The notes under the pieces: generated by a model
Databases searched by the model: none
What the model saw: only the letters and a program-made list of their open reading frames with translations
What the model was told of the DNA's origin: nothing
Part shown: one piece after another, positions 35,385 through 64,000 of the stretch
Numbering within the stretch: position 1 is the first letter of the stretch
Layout: each line of letters starts with the position of its first letter
Position numbers and translations under genes: made by a program
Assembly (NCBI GenBank): GCA_963693365.1
Contig: CAVNZM010000004.1
Span: 12,943,088 to 13,007,087, forward strand
From: Amoebidium appalachense
Taxonomy: Eukaryota; Protista; Ichthyosporea
Reading direction: 5' to 3'
DNA length: 64,000 bases

Positions 35385-38177
35385 CACGGCCATCTAGAGA
35401 CTCAGGCCGTCCGTCGCCATCAAGATTCCCGGGATAATGACGACCGAACCAAAAAAGGCTATTCTGCATTCCACAGGGGCGTACGGTCTACTTTTCCTAC
35501 CTGCGACGATTATGTAATCGCGACGTGGTTCCGATGCTAACGATTCGGGTCAGCTTCTGGTTCATCTAGACTGATAACTAATAGTAGAAGATCCACATAT
35601 GGGTCAGATCCGGGTCTGTTGATGACCCGACGGGCTATTCGCGGACACATATGTAACACGGAACGTCACTGAACTACCACGTTTTTTTTGTGTAGGCACA
35701 CTAAGAAAGGCAGAACTTGGTCGAAGAGCTGTAGAACGGCGCGTTCAAGGCACGCGGGGATAACAACCGAGCCCAGGCTGCGCAGTCTGCAACCTTCATC
35801 GCTACTGAATGCAGCAGCTATTCGGTGGTGAGTGCTTTCTGTGAGTGCTTCCGTTGTTTCTTTCTGCCTCTTACTGACAGCTTGACACAGAGCAACACGT
35901 TTTAGATGCAAGTAGAATCTTAGGCACTCTTTTTTCTTTTATCCGTTGTAAACAGAAGTCTCTTTGGTTACAAACGTATCGGTGTTCATCGTGTACCATT
36001 CTCCCCAAAGCTACGATCAACCCGTGTTCAACCCGTTGTTTACTGTTGTTAACGTTTGAGTTGTCAAGCACCCACCTGAAGGTACAACTTCTGCTGCTAA
36101 ACCCACCTACTCTACTTGTTTTGCTCTGCTTTTCTCTCAATCCAAATTGAAGAAGCAAAGAAAATGTAGCCCGAATCTATGCAAATGGTATGTAATATTA
36201 CCTACGTGTACATTGTGCCCTAATAACCACATGCTCACTTGTGTGTGTGGGTGTGTGTGTGTGTGTCTGTGTGTGTGTGCGTGTTTATGCGTGGGCGTAA
36301 GTGTGTGCTTGGCTTGAGTACACTGAGTTGTGTGGGTGTTGCTAACACAAGAACCCCTATACTTCGAACTACTAAGTCTGCAAACTATAGATCTATCCCT
36401 ATTCACAACACACTGCCATATGACTGTGGCTATTGACCGTGGCTATTGACAGGTTGCTATTGAGGAAACAATAGAGCTGATGTAGGAAAGTTCGTATATT
36501 TGCTAGCACTGAACTATATACATTCATCACACGTTCAACTTACCCTGTGCATGATAACTTCTCCTTACGTACCATCTGATCTAACTGCGCAGGTTTGGGG
36601 TGGCCGGTTTGGTTTGTTGGTTTCCCGCCTTTCCCCTCCTTTTCCGCTTTCTGTTTCTGTTTCAGCAGCGCCTCCAACCGCAGTCTGTAGTTTTCGTTCT
36701 TTACGAAGTTGTTGAGTGTCACATTGGCCATGCGTGCACATACTTCCTCGATGTACACATTACGTTCAATCCCACATTCGGTGCACCGTCCGTTAAAATC
36801 CGGGAGGGAGAGCTTTGTTGCTAAATGTGTGTGTGTGCGTGTGTGTATGTGTGTGTGCGCGTTCACGTGTGGGTGTGCGGGCGGAGGAGGGGGGCAGGGG
36901 GGAGAGAATGACGCGATCGGTAGCTGCCCTCCCCCCTCGATAGTCACGTGGGTGTGTGTTGAACAAGACAAAACAACGCCGGCAGGGGTCCTGTGGGCCG
37001 ACCAGCCCGGGTGGTACTGGACGATTTGGAAAACACGATCAATAAAGACAGGGTCCGGTAGCTTAATGTGGTCCGCAAGCTCGCGTGCTCTTTCCTGCTC
37101 AAGTGCAGCTTGCCTGGTGCGCTCTGCTGCTTCCCGCTCATTTAACTCGCGCAAGCGCTTTTGTTGTGCAGCCAACTTGCGCTCTTCATTCTCCGCCCGA
37201 ACCCGTTGCTTCTCCTCTTCCTCCGCTTTCTTGCGCTCTGCCGTTTCCTCCTCTTCCCTCCGCGCTTCTCTTTTGAATGCTGCAGTACGAATCACCAATT
37301 TTGTCGCCGGGAGAACAATGGTTTTTGCGGGGTCATGTGGGTCACAAAAGATGCGGGGGGCGATGGCAGGGTAGGACTTTGGGTCCCTTGCGGACGTAAC
37401 TTGCTTAACGGGCTGCGGGTGTCTGTCATTTGTAGCACCTATTGGGAGGTAGTCTTCATGAAGGAAATGCTTAACGCAAACGTAAGGCCTACCGTCTTTG
37501 TAAATTTGTTTGAAGTGTTCAACACCATCCCAGGTGGACCCTGCTTTGCTGCAGTTGTTATACCACAGGTCCCATAACTCAGGCTCCTTATCGGGATTTG
37601 GAAACCTCAAGGTAGGAACAGTTCCCTTAGGGTTTATCTTTCCCTGTGGGTCTATGTTCTCCTTGCCCCTATTCTTGCGGACTTCGCTAGCATAGTTACT
37701 CTTGCAGTTGTACACAAAACATGGGTTGCCCATCTTTGGGTTGGTAAGGAAGAAAATGAAAAGCCGAAAGAAGTATTGCAAAGAGCGGGCGAGGTGGGCC
37801 TTAAACCCAGCCCGTGTGAAATGTAGAGCTGGGCTGTATTCGATGATACTGTGCCGTCAACACGCCGCCCTCACCTGCTCCCCGTTGCCGTGAACTGCAA
37901 CGGCGCAGGCCACACAGACCGGCGATTGACCGTCCCTCTGTAATCGGCTGTTTCGTTTATAGATCCAATCAGATGCCTGGAATCGTCTATTTGAGAATTT
38001 AAATAATTTTACTCCCTTCCGTAATCACGTTGCTGCCATAGCCGGATAAATCTAAGGGGATAGTTTTTCCCGCCAAAAAATAGACCGTACCTTCCGCTAG
38101 ACTCAAATCTTGCGCAAGCTAATGAGAAAATTCCGATTACGTCACTGACGGACGGCCTGAGTCTCTAGATGGCCGTG
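35385..38177 (-). mobile_element. P-element-superfamily DNA transposon (2793 bp), probably internally deleted and non-autonomous
   Basis: Perfect 31-bp TIRs CACGGCCATCTAGAGACTCAGGCCGTCCGTC (35385-35415 and 38147-38177) with CA...TG termini. Exact 8-bp TSD TTCTCAGT (35377-35384 and 38178-38185). Internal THAP ORF. Confidence 0.9.
36540..37733 (-). CDS. THAP zinc-finger + coiled-coil protein (397 aa), truncated P-type transposase derivative
   Basis: MGNPCFVYNC...LRFP...W...VCVKHF fits the C2CH THAP pattern. An E/R/K-rich coiled coil follows, then a C-terminal CxxC...NVTLNNFVKNEN segment. No recognisable RNase H DDE core. Confidence 0.78.
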   Translation of the reverse strand: MGNPCFVYNCKSNYASEVRKNRGKENIDPQGKINPKGTVPTLRFPNPDKEPELWDLWYNNCSKAGSTWDGVEHFKQIYKDGRPYVCVKHFLHEDYLPIGATNDRHPQPVKQVTSARDPKSYPAIAPRIFCDPHDPAKTIVLPATKLVIRTAAFKREARREEEETAERKKAEEEEKQRVRAENEERKLAAQQKRLRELNEREAAERTRQAALEQERARELADHIKLPDPVFIDRVFQIVQYHPGWSAHRTPAGVVLSCSTHTHVTIEGGGQLPIASFSPPCPPPPPAHPHVNAHTHIHTRTHTHLATKLSLPDFNGRCTECGIERNVYIEEVCARMANVTLNNFVKNENYRLRLEALLKQKQKAEKEGKGGKPTNQTGHPKPAQLDQMVRKEKLSCTG

Positions 38178-38961
38178 TTCTCAGTCTAGATCTGCACACA
38201 ATGGTGGGGCCGTAGCCTACAATAATGATTATTGTGAATCTGGTTAGATCTACCTACTTGTGTACAAAAATGACCTCAACAAAGCTAGCACCGGATATCC
38301 TGTCCTTTGCAAACTTGGATCGATCTTGTCAAAGCAACATATATGAGCCTTAATTATGTTATATTGTACTGAGTGAGGAGGGCCACGTCAGGTAATGTAT
38401 GTATATTATGAGCTTAAGCGCATGCGCTTCGGCAGGTGGAGGGTGCGTGTACACGTGTACACTTGCCCATCCCATGCTCGACCAGTGCTCGCGTCGACTG
38501 CCGTACCACCCGCACGGCAGGCATTCGCATGTATCCTATCGGCGCTGTGTGATTGGCAACTAACCGTTAGGATCTCATCTCACCTGCTACATAACATACA
38601 TTTTCCTGTAGGCCGTGTTAGAGCTACGGCATAGTCACAAAAGAGGGCTTTGTGTTTGTCCCGTGACTTCGGTCGTCTGGCAGGCTGGGACTGGGAACGG
38701 TCCCAGCCCGGCCTGGCCCCTCGCGGCTCCGGGCCTGGATCGTTTGCGCAAAACCTCGAAATGAGGCTGTTTGCCATATATGGGTTACATACTTGCCCGT
38801 TTTGGAAGTGTGTAAACCCAAGGTTGATGCCGGAATTTTCGCGCAGCAGGGGGGCACAGATCATGAGCACGGCAGAGCACGGCTGATCACTGGTGCCCTG
38901 GGTGCCACGCATCATTTATATACAAGCAACAGTCGCTAGCTATCCTAGACAGGAAGCCACC

Positions 38962-40103
38962 ATGTACCAACACATAGTGCTGTTCAAGCTTAAGGAGGGC
39001 GTGTCTGACGAGCAGGTGGTTCGGCTAACAGAGGGCATTATGTCCATGGCCAAGCTGGACTGCGTGGCTGCCATCAACTGCGGCAAGAACTTCTGCCCGC
39101 GCTCGAAAGGTAAGGGGAAAGAGAACACAAGCAAGCGAAGAAGTGATCTGGCGTGCACAGCATCGCCTTTGTTATGGGGCCGTGTTTAGTTAGTTTACCA
39201 TAGGCCACACGTATGTTCATGGTGCCCTTTCACACTTCGCCTTGCCCTCTCTCGACTACTGGCTTCTGTTGGTTGCTCCTTTGGCCCTTCCCCCCCCCCC
39301 CCCCCCCCTCCCCCCCCTGCCTTCCCCCCCTTCCCCTCTCCATTCCCTTGCATTAGGCTTCTTTTCTGTTTTTCATGGTCTGTTGAAAGCGACGGGTGAA
39401 AGGGCTTCATTGCCTAGGGCAACTCTGCAATTGGAGTAACAAGGTCCGCCACTGGCGACTCAGCACCTGTGTTTTTGCGTGAAACCCCCCCCCCCCCCAC
39501 ACCAACTTTTGCACTGCTGCCACGTGCTTATGCAACCGTAGGCATACTGACGAGGGTACGAGTTGTGATTTTTGCCGGTTTGTAGCATCCATAAAACAAC
39601 ATAACCATATACCCCCTCCCTCCCTCCCTCCCTCCCCACCCCCCGGAACCCTTTTCCGACCCCAAACACGCTCACCCACCTAAAGCCCACCCCCTTCTGC
39701 CCCCCTCCCCCCCCCCCCCCCCCCACACACACACACATACACACCCCTTCCTACTCCTCACTTCTCTTTGTAGAGATCTTTTACATGGCGATTTCCGTGA
39801 TTGTCTGAGTCTTTGCACCCCCCTCCCCCCCCCCCCCCCTCCTCCCTCCCCCCTCCCCACCCAAGGGAGGGCTCTATTGATGTTTACCTTCTTGCGTGTT
39901 TTTCAAATTCTGCTTTGTGAATTGTACCTCGTACTCTGTCATACATTCCCCCCTCCCTGATTACTTGGATTCTCCTGTGAAAGGGCACTGGCTAGGCTGT
40001 ATACTTATGTCCGTTTATGCATGCCATTTGCATGTCCTGCACTATGCTTTTGTGGTCTATCTTTGTGCTGCATACCGTGCCAATCTCTCTCTCTCTCTCT
40101 CTC

Positions 40104-40153
<50 letters not shown>

Positions 40154-40798
40154 ACTTGTTAGTCAGTAGGCAGCACCCCGTTCCCTTACCTTTTGCAGAT
40201 GTCAGACACCGGCAACAAATCCTCCGTCTCTCTGCACTCAGTTCTTCGTTGTTTTCCTTTTCCCTCATTTTTCCATTATGCACCCCCCTCCCCCCCCCCC
40301 CCCCCCCCCCCCCCCCTCCCTCCCCTTCCCCCCCCTCCCACTTGTTGGGAGTTCATCGTCCGTTCTGTTCTGTTTTGCTTTCAACCTCCCGTGGATATGT
40401 GCTTCATCCCTCCCCCTTCCGGCTATGCGGCCCATCTCCCAAAACCGTTCGGGACTTAAATTTGGGTTGTGCATTTCCTTTCGTGTGGAGAATTTGTCGA
40501 AACATCGATCCGAATACACAGAGCAGTCATGTGGCCGACAATTTGGGCCTGCAGGGTGTGCTATTCCCCCCCCCCCCCCCCCCCCCTCCTTCCCCCCTGC
40601 CTCCCTCCTGTGTGATACAGACAACTGCTTGACACATGTATTCCCACAGGTTACTCGTACGCACTAACGACACAACACAACACCAAGGCGGATCTGGAGA
40701 CATACAACGGCCACGAGTACCACACACAGGTCAAGAACGAATACATCTTCCCCCTGGTGGTGCTGGAGGAGACCATGGCCGTGGATTTCGAGTATTAA
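38962..40798 (+). CDS. Stress-responsive A/B barrel (Dabb) domain protein, 98 aa
   Basis: Exons 38962-39109 and 40650-40798 in phase: MYQHIVLFKLK...CGKNFCPRSKGYSYAL...LETYNGHEYH...AVDFEY, matching the HIVLFK, GxN, GYxxxL, YxxHxxH and D(F/Y) pattern. Confidence 0.88.
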
Positions 40799-41512
40799 TG
40801 TTTAATTAGCATCGCTGATTGGTCGGGGGTCATGTGGACTATGTGGTGGAGGTGTTTGAAGTGTGTACTCGACATGTCTTTGGGTTTTGTGAGCTATAGT
40901 ACGGTTAGTTTTAGATACTGCATGGTACTTCTTGTCATGTATGCACATTATTAACGTTTGGGTATGATATCAAATATATTCCTGATTAAATGGCAATGAC
41001 TTGCTGGGGTCGTGATTCTGTGCTAAGGTTTCATGATAATACAACCGTGTCATGCCCACACTTGCCGTCGGCCACAATTGTATTGCAGTAAACAGATAAA
41101 GCTTGGTCAAGTAGAGAGCACCCGTTTAGTCTTGCTTTAGGCAATGTGTGACGTCTCTCCTGGCACGTGAGCCTCCCTCCGCCCCCCTTTCCCCCCTCCA
41201 CTTCCATCTTTCCTCTTCTCGCCAATAGCCCTCCTTCAACTCAACCCCCCCCCCCCCCCAACCCCCCCACCCCTCCCCCCCTCCGCCCCTTTCTCCCCCA
41301 CCCCTCTGACATCCCCCCCCCTTCCCCCTCCCTCGCCTCCCCTCCCCCCACCCCTAAAGCTCCCCTTAGCCCTAAGCTCATTACTCCGGATCCCCCTCCC
41401 CTTCTCCCCCCTCCTCCCCGCTCTCCTCTTAGGTCACCAGGCGCTGAGCTTTGAACCCCCCCCCCCCCCTTCCCCCAACCACACACACACACACACACAA
41501 ACACACGCACGC

Positions 41513-41557
<45 letters not shown>

Positions 41558-42444
41558 AATACCTCATTACCCTCCCTCCCCCCCCCCCCCCCCCCCCCCC
41601 TTCTCTCGTCCTCCCCCCCCATATACACACACACAAATGCCTCTTTTGCCTTTCCCCTCCCTCCCTCCCTTCCCCCCCCCCCCCCCCCATATGGCCATAT
41701 ACCCCCCCCCCCCCCCGCCCCCAGGCCAGATGATCATCATTCTGAGATTATTGCTTTATATGGTTACTGTTGACGAGTTTCCATTGGTGTTTGGCTCCGG
41801 CTCACCAGGGTTGGGCTGGGGTTGACAAAAATTCTAAAATGCGCATTTTTACAAATTGAGTATTGCAGGATTTAAATATTACAGGCCCTGAGCACTGGTC
41901 GGGGCTCGATATTGCACAGCAAGAGATCTGCAGATAGGTTCTTGAACAGAAATATTGAAAAAATAGGCAAGATTAGATAGTCGAGCATATTTTACGCTAA
42001 ACACCTGATACGAAAGCTGTTACCACGGCACCCCAACCTTATTCGTATCGGGGTCTCTCGTTACATAATCGTAATTACGACGATTTTCGTTCGTAATCCC
42101 TACCCTGCGGCTCACTGATCCAGTAACGTTGACGAGGCTGAGCCGTCGAGCAGAGGCTGTGAGGGTGTGACAGATGCCTTTTTTTTTGGCCCGTTGCCCG
42201 TGGAAATTGTCGTAGACGGCAGAACTGTAGGATTGGGTCAGAAGAAAAATGGTGAGAGTAGGCTGTTGAGCTGAAGCTTCTTTCTGATACATCGGCCAGT
42301 CCGGTTGGGCACCCACCAGCACGCGGCAGCGCTGCTTTTGCTCCGCCGTCAGCCAGCCCATTTCCTTACCAACCACAAAACACATAGCAGCCACTATTGG
42401 GCCATAGCAGTGCCTTCTGTGTGGCTGCGGCTTGGTTATCCGCA

Positions 42445-51929
<9,485 letters not shown>

Positions 51930-52541
51930 GGAGGGGAGGGGGGGGGGGGGGGGGGGGGGGGGGCAGGTGCCCATTTATCTACCAGGGAGGGGGTGATTGA
52001 AGAACAAATCCTGCGTTTGTGACGCGATGTGGTTAATGTTGCTATGCAAACTCCTTTGTTTAAAACGTTCTTTTTCATCCAGATTTTATGAGGTTTGCAC
52101 TCGCGGCCCATTTGGTCGATCAATTGCAAGATGATGGTTTTTGAGCATGTTGTAGGTTCGGCTGGTCTTACGTATTTTCCCAGATTCGGTGTCTTGGCAA
52201 TGTGTGTAGAAAAACGCATGTTTTTATTAGGGGGCTCCTTCCGATTGTTCTGGCTTCTTGCCCTGGACGGTTGTAATCAACAATTTCTCTACTCGTCCCC
52301 ACCTATTATACATATTTGCGTATTACAAATACCATTATTTGTGTTATTGGCATGGAATGAAGGCCTACATGTTGATATTAGAGTACCCCATATATATACG
52401 TACACAAATTTTGCTGCAAAACGAACTGCAGGTTACACAGTTCATGTTGTGCGATGTAAATATTATATATAGCAGACCGTGATGTTCCACACGCTTGTAG
52501 TATTGCTGGCAGTGCCCATGTCCCTACACCCTCAGGCCGTG

Positions 52542-52602
<61 letters not shown>

Positions 52603-52660
52603 ACACACACACACAACACCCGCACACACACACACACACACACACATGTCACATACACAC

Positions 52661-52712
<52 letters not shown>

Positions 52713-52724
52713 GCGCGCACACAT

Positions 52725-52773
<49 letters not shown>

Positions 52774-52856
52774 CACACACACACAAACACACGCGCGCGC
52801 ACACACACAGTCACGCGCACACAATACAAATATTTATCGTGTGTGTGTGTACTTAG

Positions 52857-52887
<31 letters not shown>

Positions 52888-52925
52888 GCCACGTGTTTGG
52901 GTGGGCGAGTGGGTGTGTGTGTGTG

Positions 52926-52963
<38 letters not shown>

Positions 52964-53296
52964 CGGGGGAGCCGGGAAGAGGATCAACCTAGATCCCCTC
53001 CGTTGATCCTTCAAATCCAGGGTGTTTGCGCAAACGTGTGGTTACGCAACCCCCAAAATCGGCGGCAAATTCAATCGGAAAAACAAAATCCAGACTGGCT
53101 AGCCGCTGACCTCCGCTCACTCTATGCACGACCTTTAGGGGATGGCATTCTCAGCTTTATGTTTCCCATTATTTTCAATCATGCTTGTTGTCTAGCAAAG
53201 AAGTTCAAATCAACTTCAATTAATGATTCCTGCAGGCACAAACGTTTAACGCAACTGACTAGGTAGCTGATGACGTAAGACAGGAGGGCAGGTAGG

Positions 53297-53479
53297 CAAA
53301 ACGCAGAGTATGGCAGTGGTATTGTCGTAGGACGAATGGTGGCCATACTCTCTCGCTTGTTGTAGAAAGGGAATGGTTTGAAAGCTACAAAACGAAGAGT
53401 ATGGCAGTGGTATTGTCGTAGGACGAATGGTGGCCATACTCTCTCGCTTGTTTTAGAAAGGGAATGGTTTGAAAGCTAC
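53297..53479. repeat. 91-bp tandem duplication, each unit with a hairpin, upstream of the POLQ-like gene
   Basis: Two near-identical copies, each containing the stem AGAGTATGGC...GCCATACTCT. Confidence 0.85.
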
Positions 53480-53595
53480 CTGGTTATTTGTACCGACCTG
53501 AGTCTACAAGCATGGCACGGATTTGTGGTAATCGAAGTACATAAGCACAGTTCCATTTAACCTCTATAACATGCCATCAACAACGAAGAGGCAAC

Positions 53596-64000
<10,405 letters not shown>

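Noticed and set aside
35666-36158. Two short minus-strand ORFs inside the transposon with faint kinase-helix resemblance (LQLFDQVLPFLVCLHKKNVV)
   Set aside because: No HRD or DFG motifs, the two ORFs are in different frames, and no in-phase splice to the THAP ORF was found. An HMM search would be needed to revive this.

Overview
Gene-dense eukaryotic nuclear DNA with standard code and GT-AG introns. The taxon cannot be determined from the sequence. Introns are saturated with (GT)n/(CA)n, (CT)n and long poly-G/poly-C tracts, which create most of the spurious ORFs in the six-frame track. Manual splicing recovers eight host genes: a 5'-partial DNAJC7-like TPR+J co-chaperone (+), a cytochrome b5-reductase fusion (-), a small intronless EF-hand protein (+), ribulose-phosphate 3-epimerase (-), a secreted Agd3/CE18-like polysaccharide deacetylase (-), a Dabb-barrel protein (+), an 883-aa protein with a degenerate 2OG-Fe(II) dioxygenase domain and a helical tail (+), and a 3'-partial POLQ-like helicase (+). 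Three observations stand out. (1) A 2.8-kb P-element-type transposon at 35385-38177 has perfect 31-bp TIRs, an 8-bp TSD and a THAP ORF that appears to lack the catalytic core. (2) A perfect 35-bp antisense copy of the deacetylase catalytic VDDFFLPTFRY codons lies between two in-phase alternative 5' splice sites. (3) An Agd3-like enzyme occurs without the rest of the fungal GAG cluster. A MITE, a dispersed intronic repeat family and many local tandem duplications are also present.
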